The position numbers and the translations under genes are program-made. A model generated the notes under the pieces. The model was given only the letters and a program-made list of their open reading frames with translations, was not told the origin of the DNA and ran no database searches. Positions 1-14,200 of a stretch of 64,000 bases of DNA are shown here, piece by piece (position 1 is the stretch's first letter; each line of letters starts with the position of its first letter). The DNA is from Blastocystis sp. Blastoise (taxonomy: Eukaryota; Protista; Bigyra: Opalinata): contig JBBPEB010000030.1 of the NCBI GenBank assembly GCA_039096225.1, positions 310,001 to 374,000 on the forward strand. The letters are read 5' to 3'.

Positions 1-2945
1 CTTATATAATGAATTCAATTGACTAATATAAAACATATCAAATGCACTATCTCTCAATGAATAGAAAACTACACAATCTGGCGTATCTTGACGATTTGCT
101 AATTGAATAAATTCATCTATATATGAAGCTAGTTTTCTAGAAATTGTAGATCCTATTTTTGATGATGATTTTGTAGTATTATAAGTTGAATCATTTAGTT
201 TGGTTTTCGAGACTTTCCATTCTTCGGCTAATATATCATTTACAACAGATCGTATTTGAATAAGACGATTATTCGTAATTAATACATAACAGTGAATTGT
301 CTATATATAATATATATATATATATATTTATTGAATAAAAATAATATATATATATTTACTGAATAAAAATAATATATATATATTTATTGAATAAAAATAA
401 TATATATATATTTATTGAATAAAAATAATATATATATATTTATTGAATAAAAATAATATATATATATTTATTGAATAAAAATTTGTATATATATATATAT
501 ACAAATTTGAGTTCTTCTAGATGTTTACGAACTTTTTCACAATATCCTTTTATTTCTTCATCTTTAATTGGATCTATACAATAATATATATTTTTCATTT
601 CAACTTTTGTTGTTACTACTTGTTCATCAACTTTTCTTAATGTTTTTAATATTTGAACATCATTCTTTTTACCACTAAAATAAGATTTCAAAGTTTGAGC
701 TACATCATAAACTGATGTATAATAGATACTCTCTCGTGTCTTCTGATTAATATCCTTACTAAAGGACATACACTAAATAGTAAAGAAATTATATAGTTTA
801 TTATGTAAGTATAAAAATTATAAAAAGAGTTATTAAATGATAAACTATATTAATTAAATGATAAACTATATTAATTAAATAATAAACTATATTAATTAAT
901 ATAATAATAAATAATAAATATATATACATATTGAGGTAATGATGATTTATCAATATGTATTTCTATGACATATTTAATACCACGAGTACGTAAATAAAGA
1001 GCTAAATCATTTATTGAACGAGATCCCCACTCCCACCAATCACACTATATATATATATATATATATATATTATTCTTTATAAAAATGATTAAAATAAAAA
1101 AATATATTAATGAATTCATAATATAATAAAAATACAATATATATATATAGTAATAAAATATAATAATAATAATATACATTAATTCCTTCTTGCCATAAAG
1201 CTTGTGCTAATACTAGTTCTTCTACTGTTGTTCCCTTTTCAAATGTACTACATATAAGAACAAGAGGACTAAAGAAATAGGCCTCAGATTGTAAATGAGT
1301 CGATAATAATGATTCTTCTTCCTATTATATATATATATATAATAGATATTTATAAGCATATTAATTGTATTTATATAATAATATATAAATATAAATATAT
1401 AAAATATATAAAATATATAAAATATATAAAATATATAAAATATATAAAATATATAAAATATATAAAATATATAAAATATATAAAATATATAAAATATATA
1501 AAATATATAAAATATATATACTTTACAATATTGTAATGCATTTGATATGATTTCTTCGATATTTACTCGTATACCTGCACTTCCTACAGAAGATTTCTGT
1601 CCTTTCGGATACAAAGATTTATAAGGATATAAACTTTGATCATATTCACCACCCTGTTATATATAGATATATAGATATATATATATATATAGATGGAGAG
1701 AGAGATAATAAAATGAATAATAAAATAATTAGATATAAAAAAATTAATTTGTATATAATAATTAGTACAATAAATAAACAAAAATATATAAAAAATAATA
1801 ATAATAAAACGAATAATCTAAAATTAATAATATATATATACCATAGCTAAACAAACAGATTGTTTGATACTTGTTTTTCCTTTCGAATCTTCTTTATTTA
1901 TACGCTTCATCTCTAATTGGGTATATACACTATATTGAATAGTTTGTCCCGCGGGAATAAGTAGTACATCAAAAACCATAGTATTCAAATAAGTAGAAAA
2001 ATGAGTCTATATGTATATAAATAATTAAATAATTATAATATTATTATATACATTAATAGTAGTAATAAGATTGGTCATAAATGACACAGCTTCTTTAACT
2101 TTAGATATGTATTCATTTAATGATTTCGACAAAGAACCATTTTCTTTTATGTAACTCTGTTCATATTCATTAACATATCGATTAATCATCTAGAATAGAT
2201 ATATATATATAGATGATAATGATTATATATGAACAAGATAATTATTATCACTCTAATAATATAATATATAATAATATAAAATAATAATATTATATTTATA
2301 TATATACACGAAGAGCAGCATCAGGAGAAGAAGGAAGAGATAGAAGAGAAAGAAGTAACTTCGCTTTAGGAACAGAAACACGAAATAGTGTACCTGCATA
2401 ACGAATTGTCCTATATATTTAATAATAAAATTAAACAAATACATAATATATAATATATATAAAAATATATGAAAACAAATAGTATATTAACAAAATAATT
2501 CTATGATATATATATAACTAAAAAAATATATATGTATACTCTTCTGAAGGTTTTTTTGTTTTTTTATTGAGTTTTGTAAGTCCAATAAGCGTACGAATGA
2601 TTCTCTTTTGATCTTGAAATGATTGTATACCTACCATTCGTAGAATATTCACCATTATCTATATATATAGAATATATAATATTCTATATTAATACGATTT
2701 AATAATTATAAAAAAGTTTTTTATAATAATATATAAATAAAAATTAAATTGTTTGATAATAAATATTTTAATGAAAATAACATATATCTATATACATCAA
2801 GATGTGTTATTTTAAGTTGTATTTTATGGAAATTGAGTGATTCCGAGAGAAATACTTGAAGACGATGCATGATAAGGAGAATCTCAAGGATATACATACA
2901 ATAAACAGAATCACGATTATATCTATATGAAATATGTATAAGTGT

Positions 2946-3010
<65 letters not shown>

Positions 3011-4365
3011 AAAATATATAACTATATATATATATACGTAACTGGCCATATGATATCATATATAGCTTCTAATGACGAATCAGGTTGTCCTCCAATAACA
3101 TCTTGTTGTTGTTTATATACGTTACAAATAGAATAACGTTTTAAACGTTCAATACATTGTCTATTAATTAATCGTGAAAATCCAGGAAGAAGAGAAGAAG
3201 CTAAATAAACTACATTTCCAGCACGATCAATAAGAGGATAAGAAGAAGAAGTTCTATATATATATATTATATATGTTAAATATATATTTAAAAATATGAA
3301 AAACATATAGTATGTATTATTTTGTAATATAATATATCATAAAATATACAAAAAATAATATATAATATATAATATAATAAAAAATATATAGTATATATAA
3401 TAAATAATATAGTATATAAAATATACACATAAGAGGAGGATAAGGAGGAATAAGGGAGTAATATTGGTGTATCTACTTGAATGCCATTATGAATAATAAA
3501 GAGGAAATAGAGAAACTGGGACACATATTGACGATAAATAGACTAATAGAAAATATATATGTAACTATTCTATGTATAATTCAATAAATATATAAACATA
3601 CATGCATTTGAATCTTTTTTAGTTTCTTTTCTACTTTATAGGCGTCATTATATGACGCAAGGGGTGTCGATAAAAGTAAATTATGATCATACTGAATGTC
3701 TTCAGGCTCAGATAATGTCTATATACGTGTTTTAAATTATATTTTTAATTACCATTATTTATTATATATATATATATATACTCGTTTGAAAAGGATACTA
3801 AAGACCATAGAATAATATGTATTCTATATATATATATATAATAAACATAATAATAATATATATATATATATATATACCATAGGATCTAAAATATAATCGA
3901 TAGCTTGTCGATAATATTGATATCGTTTATCTACTTCTTGTCCATTCTCTTGGTTATTTGCACTAACAATAGCAGTTGTAGATAGATAAGCAAAAACATC
4001 ACGTTGAATCTCTGTAATTGAAGGACGAAGAGAAGGAGTTAACTATAGAATAATAATAATAATAATATCTCAGATAATAATAATAATAATATATACATTA
4101 ACACATTGAGAAATAATACTTTTCATAAATGGCATGTGATCAAAACGTTTATCAAATTTACTATTCTATATATATATATATTATAATACTAATAAATAAA
4201 TATAAACATATATATAATTAAGATACTCTAATATTATTTAAAACTTCATATTTTTCTGAAATAGTTGTAAATGGAGGTAAACACATTTCAGCTAAAATTA
4301 TTCCAAGTGAAAATATATCACTCTAAATATTTATGTTATTATATATATTATTTACATAATAAAAA

Positions 4366-4411
<46 letters not shown>

Positions 4412-7400
4412 TTTAGTTGTAATATTAGCTCCACGAAGAAGTTGTTCTGGTGACGCATATATACGTGTTCCAACTCCTAGAAATATACACAATATTATTT
4501 TAATTATTGAAAAAGAAACAACTACATACCATCTGTTTTCTCTACACTAATTACTCCTTTATTATTTCCATTATTATTTTCTTCATTTCCAGGAGTATTT
4601 GGGTCGATACTCTCTGAAATCTCTTGATTTCCACGTAAATAAACAAGACCAAAATCACCAATTTTAATTTCTCCTTTTAAATCTACAAAAATATTTGCTG
4701 GTTTCAAATCACGATGGATAACGGATTTACTATATTTATATATTATTTTTCATATTCTTTAATATATATATATATATATACCTGTGAATATAGCAAATAG
4801 CACTTACAATCTATATATATATATATATTGAGGAATTAATATGATAGAAATGATAATGATAATATTAATTAAGATTATTATTAAAAATAAGTAAATAAAT
4901 AAATATAATATAATATACCTGCTCAAATACTCTCATAACATTATCTAATTTAAGAGACAACCCCTAAATATAATAATAATAATAAAAATAAATATAAAAA
5001 TAATAATAGAAATAAATAAATATAATAATAATAATAAAAATAAATATAATAATAATAATAAAAATAAGTATAATAATAATAATAAAAATAAATATAATAA
5101 TAATAATAATAATAAATAAACTAATAATAATAATAATAAATAAACTAATAATAATAAAAATAAATATACTAATAATAATAAATATAAATATAATAATAGC
5201 ATACTTGTTCAATAAGGTCACATAGAGTTCCACCTCCGCAATATTCCATTTGTATATATAGATATCTATTTATAGTACTTTTCATATTTTTATCACTATC
5301 TTCTTCTTCTTCTTCACTTGATATTTCATCATATAATGCATTTCTCTGAGGAGAATAGTGTTTTTCATCGTCACTTGAAGAAGAAGGAGACCATAAAGAT
5401 CCTCCTACATATAAATTATCTAAATCTTTATCAGTATCAGTATCAAAAATATAAGAATTATTTGTATTTCCTGTATCTTTCGGATCATTAGGTATAGAGT
5501 TATGACGACTGTTATTTGATGAAGAATTTGATTTATTGGATATCACATGCTTATCTTGATTATTTGATAGTTCATTAGTTAAATTATTATTATTATTATT
5601 CAATGATTCTTCTTCTTCTTCTTCTTCTTCGTCAGAAGAGTTACAACAATAAGAGTAATCACAACTAGATTCAGAACATGAAAAACATGAAGTGGAACAA
5701 TAATATGTACTGTCACTATCTGTATCACTATCCGTATCGCTATCACTTGAAGATGAAGAAGAAGAGGAGGAAGAGGAGGAGGAAGAAGAGGAAGTAGGAG
5801 TTGGTGTTGAATGAGAAGGAGATATAGTATGCATTAATGATATATCAGGAGTAGTAGAAGAAGAAGGAGTATTCGTAGTAGTAGAGGAAGATGTAATACT
5901 TACAGGTGTTTTCGTAGTAGTAGATACACTTGTATTCGATTTAGAATCTATAATAATGAATATATATATTGATTTTTAAAAAGTATATAATTAGAATAGA
6001 ATAAAAATACGAATAAACTGTGAAAAATTAGAAGAATTGGAACCAGTTTTACCATAACTACTATATATATTATAAGAATGAAATATAACCATAATACTAA
6101 TATAGATAAATAATACAATAAAAAAATACAAATAAAAAATAAAAATAATAATAATAAAAAATACCTAATACTATTATTTCTAGAAGGTCCATTAGTAGAT
6201 ACAGAAGAGACAGTATGAGTAGTATAATTCGAAGAAAAGACATCTTCTTGAGAACTAGGAGAAGAAATAGGAGGTAAACGAATATAGGATGAATCATTCC
6301 CATTAGTATTAGGGTTATAGATAGAAGAAGAAGGAAGATAAGGAATAGAAACAGAAGAATTCATTGTTTGAGATGTTGAGTTATTAAATAAAATATCTGA
6401 AGGAGGAGGTCCAAATGAAGATATTGAAGTATCCATCTATATATATATATTAATAGCTATTATTTATAGATCAAGAATTAGAATATTTAGATATATAATA
6501 ATTATTATATATATACAGAAATAGAAGAAATAGTAGGTTTGACTGATTTTGATGAAAATTCATTGGATGTTGAGGGTGACACAATGAGGGATTCGCCTTC
6601 ATCTATCCAACTCTATACATAATGTTTATTATATTATTCATATATTTTTATATATTTTTATTATATTTTTATTATATTTATTATATTATTTATATATTCT
6701 TTATTATTATATTAATATATTTATTATGAATATATTTATATATACAGTATAATATCGAACAACATTATTATTATTTAAAGCAGCAAGAGCTACAGCTTCA
6801 CGAATAACCTTGTTATTTTCACGGGAATTTGCTTCCAAAGGAATACATTTGATCTATTTATATATTTATATATAAGAAATAGGATAGAACTAGAATATAT
6901 ATACAGCATAAGTACATTTGTCAAGTTTATTTATACATTTATAAACAATACCAAAATTACCATTTCCAAGTTTCTCTTCAATAATAAAATCATTTTCAAA
7001 TCGATGTGAAGAATAATGAGACTATATATATATATATATTATTAAATAATAGAACAAAAATCAAATAAATTTTATAAAATATATATTTTTTAAATAAGAT
7101 AAATAAAAAGTATATATATAATAACTATATATATATATACATGTGAAAAGAAAATATTATTATCTGGTTCTTTAAAATCAATGGATCTACTAGAATGATC
7201 AACTATATATATATATATATATGTAATATAATAATTAAATTATTATAAAAGATATAATAAATATAGAATATATACATCTAGCATTAAATGCTTTTGAATT
7301 ATTATCAATCTGCCTTTTTTTCATTTTATTTTTCTATATAAATATAGAATATCTAGTATAAATAATATAATAATAATAATATCATATAATATAATATAAT

Positions 7401-8174
7401 AATAATTTATAATAATAATACAATAATGTTAAAAAAAATAATAATAATAATATAATAACAAAACACAATAATAATTACATAATATATACATGTATAAAGG
7501 ATTCAAATGTTGATTTATTCGAAATATCTATAGAAGATTCACTATTTTGTATATCATTTTTATCTCGTAATTTATTACGTTCTCTCTCTTCATATAATCG
7601 CATCTATATAATATACGAAAAATTATATACATATATAGAATAAGAATAGCTTATATATACTTGATCTTTATTAGATCGTTGTAAATAATTTTGCATTTCC
7701 ATGATTAAATCAAATACAATTGTTTCTTTTTCTTTTTGTTGACAGTCAACAGCACAATCTATTAATTTTGATTTCAATTCAGCAACCTATTTGTAGAATA
7801 ATAATTTACTTTTTAAAGAAAAAAAAAGAAAAAAATACTTGACTTGTTGTTAATCCATCAGTAAATGTTAAATCAATCTTAGGACTATAAAAACATTATA
7901 TATATATATATTATATTAGAATAAAATACATTGTTTTAGGATAATTTGGCTGATATGTAATTACTAAATTTCCTTTAGCTTTAGATTCTTCAGTATAATC
8001 TGCAGGAACAAATATAGTTATCGACGGATATCCTGAAATAGATGTCTTCTCAGTGATATCTTTGTCGTAAATGAGTTTGAGAGCACTAATCTCTTCTTGT
8101 ATGTTAGATTTCCACGAATCTATATTTACAATATTCATCTTGTATTCATATTTGTTCATACCTTGCTTGTTCAT
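1..8174 (-). CDS. GCN2: eIF2-alpha kinase GCN2 (multi-exon; stop codon lies beyond position 1)
   Basis: Hand-spliced exons give an RWD domain ([11 protein letters not shown]...YQPNYP), then kinase motifs [79 protein letters not shown] HisRS-like region follows ([14 protein letters not shown]) and a GCN2-type tail ([14 protein letters not shown]). Confidence 0.93.
326..480. repeat. ~30-bp tandem repeat (about 5 copies) inside a GCN2 intron
   Basis: TTTATTGAATAAAAATAATATATATATATA repeated head to tail. Confidence 0.85.
1390..1520. repeat. 9-bp tandem repeat (ATATATAAA)n in a GCN2 intron
   Basis: Directly visible; produces the spurious YIF/KYI ORFs. Confidence 0.9.
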
Positions 8175-8594
8175 TGAGAAGTAGGGAAATACAAAGAAAA
8201 AAGAGCAATAGAAAACAGATTTTTTAAAAAATATATTTTTTAAGGATTTTCAGAAACATTCAGTTTTTCAGTATTTTTTATATTTGTGTGTCATTTCGTA
8301 ATTGACATATTAGAGTCTCATAATGATAAGATATTATTCAAATAAATGGTTAAGTGACGATTTGGAATGTGGTTTTCAAAATAGAAATTATTTTATGTCA
8401 ATGAACCCTCAACAGGAATTAATAAAGCATATGAAATTTATAATTTTAGCGTAGAATATATTTATTTAAAAAAAATCTAAAATTTCAAAAGTGTATGTAT
8501 TATAGAATACCAAATAATATAAAAAAGAAACTTGAATGACAAGTGTTATAGTGTTTATATATAAAAATGATGTTACTTATGATGATAATACATT

Positions 8595-10655
8595 CTATAA
8601 TAGGTCAAAGAAATAATCAAGACCTAGAATCATTACTATATATATGAGAATAGGCAAAAAAATTCCCATTGGTCAGTTTTTGGAGAATGCATTTGATTGG
8701 CTACTATATACTATAGTTTGTCGCCGCAACTCCTCTAAACTTACGGGGAGTTAACTTTTGAGTGAAACACAGTTCAATACGATATAACGTGTAGTTGTGC
8801 ACCGTATATTTAGTTAAGCGATATTATTTATAACTAAAAAGTTATTAATAAAAGAACAGAAAACATGATTTTTGAGTCGTTTTTGATTGGCTCTTTGGGA
8901 TGACCCCGATAAAAATTGTTGACCAGATAATTGGAAAATAAACATGGGGTAAACTTGATTTTTTCTCAATCCCACAATATACGTTATCCGTGTTTATTCT
9001 TTATATTTATCTATTTTTTAATACTTTTTCATATTGAACACGTGAGGCCTTAACGGTCAAATTTAGATTCTTAATTTGACATCATATTCTGATTCAGGAG
9101 GTCAGAAAACCTAGGTGTAGCGATTTTGAGCTCCTGAAGACGATTTTTGAGTGATCGATATTTTCTTCGATCTTCTTATAATCGACTAATATTGTATCAT
9201 AGTAATCAATAGGTCATCAAACTACTATAGTAGAAACAGAGTCTTAAAATAATGAGTTTAAGTATGACAATTTTGAAAAATGTGAATTAAGTGGTCTTAG
9301 AGTGAGAGATTCAATATAATGACTTTTATTTAATAAACTAGAGATAATACTCTATACTATGTTAAAAGAAGAGTCAAAATTATGAAGGTCAAAGTGTATG
9401 ACCAAATGACAAAATGTGTCTTAAAAAGAAAAAGGGTTTGCATATGTGTATAGAATGTTAAGTCAAGTTTATTCTATGAATAAGAGCTTTAAATAAATAG
9501 TTTAAGGTTGTCAAATTCAAAAGAATGTGTAAAACATAGTCTTAGACTATGAATAAAAAATCTAGAGATATTAATTAGTGTACAGCTATAGTAGCCCTAC
9601 AACATATCAAAAGTACAGTTAAAATAATTTTTAAAGAGTGGATGTGTGAAGGGTTGTGACTATTATTTAAAATTTATTTTTACTTCAGTTTGATCAAAAT
9701 CGTGAATTTCGTGCACTGTAGAAAAATTGATTTAAAACGTCAACTCTAAGGGTCTTAAATTTAAATAAATGTAAAAATGAGTGACTTAGAGGACGAGATT
9801 CAAAATAAGAGTGTTTATTCATTAAACTAGAGTGTATGACCTATATTATGTCAAAAGAAGGGACGAAAATATTTTGATCAAAGTGTATGAGCAAATGGTA
9901 AAGTGTCTTTAAAAGTGTTATGGTGATGACAGTTGTGTTTATATGTCTGAATCAAGTCTATTCTTTAAATATTAACTTTAAATAGCAAGTTAAAGGTTGT
10001 CAATTTGTCAAAATGTTTTAAACACTGTCTTAAACAAAGAGATTCAAGAAGTTGACTTTCATTTTATACATAATATGTCTATATAAACACTTTACTAAAA
10101 GAACTTTGGAAAATATTGTGGATGAGTGTTTTGTCAAATGGTAAAGTTGTATCAAGAGTGAATTGTTTCCATTCCTTTTTGTTTAAATCAATGTTTTATG
10201 TCCACTCTATAAAAACTATCTTTTAATACTGAGTTTAACGTTTTAAAGTCAACATGTGTGTTTGGTTTGCTTACTTTTGAGAGTTGAAAATCAGTTTAAA
10301 TTGATAAATTATGTCATAGACGTCTATATTAATTGATTCAAACAGTTTTGAGATGACTTAGTTGTTTGAGTTAAAATGGATTTGTTCTCATTGTGACTGT
10401 TGTTGAGAAGAGGAAGTCTAAAAAAACTATAAACAGTTAGATATATGTATATAATGTCAAAATTTAAAAGGTATAATCTAAAAGAGATAAAAATAAGTTT
10501 AAAAAAAGAGAAAATATATATATATATATAATATGTAAAAAATATTAAAGAAAAAGAAAAATAAGACTTCATGTCAGGAATTGAACCTGAAAACAATCTA
10601 TAATGATTGTTTCTCTCCTTCTAGAGCATAAAGGGAGTTTATAAATAATAATAAT

Positions 10656-10692
<37 letters not shown>

Positions 10693-11248
10693 TATATATA
10701 TAGATATAGATATATATATATATATATAATAAGGAGGAAGTAGGAAGTAGGAAGTAGGAAGGAAGAAGGAAGAAGGAAGGAGGAAGTTTAAGAAGGAAGG
10801 ATGAAGAAGTAAGAAGGAAGGATGAAGAAGAAGGAAGAAAGAAGGATGAGGAAGAAGGAAGTAGGAAGAATCAAGGATGGGGAAGAAGAAAGAAGAAAGA
10901 AGGAAGAAGGAAGGAGGAAGAAGAATGAAGAACCAAGGTGAAGAAGAAGGGAGAAGTAAGAAGTAAGTACGAAGAATGAAGGAAGAAGGAAGAAGAAGGA
11001 AGAAGGAGGAAGAAGTAAAGAATGAAAAGAAAGAAGGCAGAAAGAAGAAGGAAGAATGAAGAAGGAAGAAGGAAGAAGAAGGAAGGAAGAATGAAGTAAG
11101 TAGGAAGGATGAGGAAGAAGGAAGAAGTAAGAAGGAAGAAGAACGAAGATAGAAAGAAGAAAAAAAAAAACTAAGAAGAATATTAAACCTATATACAATA
11201 AATAAACATAATAAATAAATAAATAAATAAATAAATAATAAACAATAA

Positions 11249-11279
<31 letters not shown>

Positions 11280-14200
11280 ATTAATAAATAAATAAACATA
11301 TAAAAAAAATGAATAAATAAATAATAAATAAATAAATAAATAATAAAAAAAAATGTAAACAATAAATAATAAAAATAATAAATAAAATATAAATATATAC
11401 CTTTAAAATAACCTTGAACGACAGATTAAAGAAGGAAAATATTTAGCAACGAAGACCACAACACATCCATTGAAGTTTCTTTCCTATAGAATAAAAATTA
11501 TTAATAATATATAGAATAAATTATATGTAAAGACTAAATAAATAATATTGATAATAAAAATAATAAATAATAAAAACGAATTAACAAAAAGAAAAACAGA
11601 TCTTAAGAAATAAATAATATATTTATATACCTGATCATAAATAAACCATTTTACACAGCCAAGACCACTTCAAGAACACTTCACCACTATAACGAAGACA
11701 AATACAAAACAATCCTATAGAAAATGAAATATTTTAAATGAATAAATCAATATATACAAATAAATATAATAATAATAACTAAACAATATCAAATAAATAA
11801 ATAAAACATACTCAGTCAATCAATATAATAAAATATTTAAAAAATGTAAAAAACTATGTTTTTTGGGTACCCTAAATATTTTTAATAGAAAATGACCCAA
11901 TTATTACTTTTGTAAATAAATCAATGAAAATTCAAGGGTTTTTTAATTTCTATTAATTTTTAAGAAGCATATTTTTAAAATAGACCCTATTCTTTAAAAG
12001 TGGAAATATAAACACAATTTTTATATTAAGAGAAAACACTTATTTTTTATAATTAAAATATTATCTAAGATGCCTCAGAAGGCATGATGCTGTCAAGATC
12101 GAAGTGTGTAGATGGAAAAATATACATTTCTCAAAAACTTTCAGGTATATTGTATCTATTTTTTATTATTATTCGTATATAGGTTCTTCTACTCAATAGG
12201 ATCCAGTTGTGTATGTTCTTGGTCTTGGTATTACTTGCTCTGATGGTCTTAAAGGTATATATTTTCCGTTTCTTTTTTTTTAATTATTTATTATATTATT
12301 TTAGGTTCTTCTATGTTATTTGTATCATACGGAGGCTGTGGTGTTGCCTGTTATGCTAACTGTGAAGGTATGTTGTCAATGATTTGTTTTTATTTTTTTA
12401 ATTTTATTTATTTATAGGTTCTTCTGTTGTTTTAAATGATGCTAATGGTTCTAATGATGTGATTGTAGGTTCTTCTTATTGTATTGAAGGTATGTTGCCA
12501 ATCATTTAATTTATTTTTATATTTTATTATTATTTTTTTATTATTTCTATATATATATATAGGTTCTTCAGTTGCTGTGCATGTTGACAGTGGTGTTGAT
12601 GATAGATGTCTGTGTGGTGTTGAAGGTATGTTGTCATTCATTTATTTTTCTTTTTTTACTTTTATATATATTTAGGTTCTTCTGATGCTTTCAATACTGC
12701 TGTTGATGTTGTTGGTGATCAGATAGACTGTTCCTATGGTATTAAAGGTATATATATATATTGTCATTCATTTATTATTATTATTTTTTTATTTATTATT
12801 TGTCTATTACTGTTTCTTTATAGGTTCTTTTATTGTTGTGTGTGTGGTTGCTGAAGGTGTTAATAATTAAGGTATGTCTATTTTTTTAATTTAATTTAGT
12901 TTATTTTTATTTATTATTTATATATAGGTCCTTCTATTCTGATCGAGTCTTCTATTATAGGTAATGAAAGGTATATACTTATTTCTTCCTTTCTTTTTTT
13001 TTTAATTTATTAATTATCTTATCATTATATATAGGTTCTTCAAGTCAGTTATGATATGATACTTATTTTTCTGTTCCTTCTTTAGAAGGTATATATATTT
13101 TTATTGTTTATATATTTTTTATTATTTATTATATATAGGTGTCTTTTCTAATAGGGGATCTTATCACCCTAATGTTGGCTTTTATTTTAATAATAAAAAT
13201 ATATCTAAAGGTATATATATATATATATATATATAACAAATATTTATATTTCTTTTAATATATATATCTATATATTTTATCTATATAGTGATGGTGTAAA
13301 TAGTTCTTTAATGCTGAAGGTATATATATATATATTTATCTTTTATTTCTATAGGTTCTTCTAATTTGGTTGGCATACTTAACATATTATTTTATTTTTG
13401 TTTTGTTTTGTTTTGCTTTGTTTATTATTATTATTTTTTTTTTTTTCACAGATAATATCTTTCTATTATCTGTTTTCTTAGTATTATTTATTTATTTTTG
13501 TTTTGTTCGTTTTTTATAATTTTTATTGTGCTTACTATTAAGATAATTTTGAAATTAGTTAATGTTATTAGTATGTGGTCCTTAATATTGTTTTAATTTA
13601 TAATAACATTCATTTATCACCTAATCTGATATAGACTAGCGATATAATTACATCAATGATTGAGTTATTATTAAGTTTTGTATTCTCCACTTTCATTTAT
13701 ATATTTAATTATGTGTAAAATTTTAAGCAATAAGAAATGTGAAAAAATAGGTTATTAAATTAAGAGATTTAAAATTATAGAAATTGTTTAATATAGAACA
13801 ACATGTACTCTACAACATATTAAAAAATAAGAGAATTTCATTTTTGACAAGTGAATTAAGAATGCGTTTGAGTTGTTCAGAAATTTTAAAGAGTAAGTCT
13901 ATTCTTTTAAAATTGTGTTTTTGTTATACTATGAAAATTTTGACTTTTAAAAACAAGTTTAAAGGGATTATTTTTTTAAAATGTAGAAATGAATTATCCA
14001 AAGGACGAGATTCAATATAAAACATTTTATTTATCAAACTATTATTTATAGTCTGAATTATATTAAAAGGAGGGACAAAAATACTCTTGACAAAGTGTAT
14101 GACCAAATGAAAAATGTTTATAAAGAGTGTCAAAATGGTAGCTAATGTATTGATAGAGTTATGTTGAGCATAGTGTTAAAATATAAGCTTTTTAAATTAA

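Noticed and set aside
10788-11198. 136-aa hydrophobic ORF as a membrane protein
   Set aside because: It is the translation of a CTT-rich low-complexity tract, with no ATG start, and the upstream exon has stops.
12183-13370. CRISPR array interpretation of the repeat/variable pattern
   Set aside because: The constant parts are splice-site flanks of variable-length introns, not identical repeats. There are no cas genes and the context is eukaryotic.
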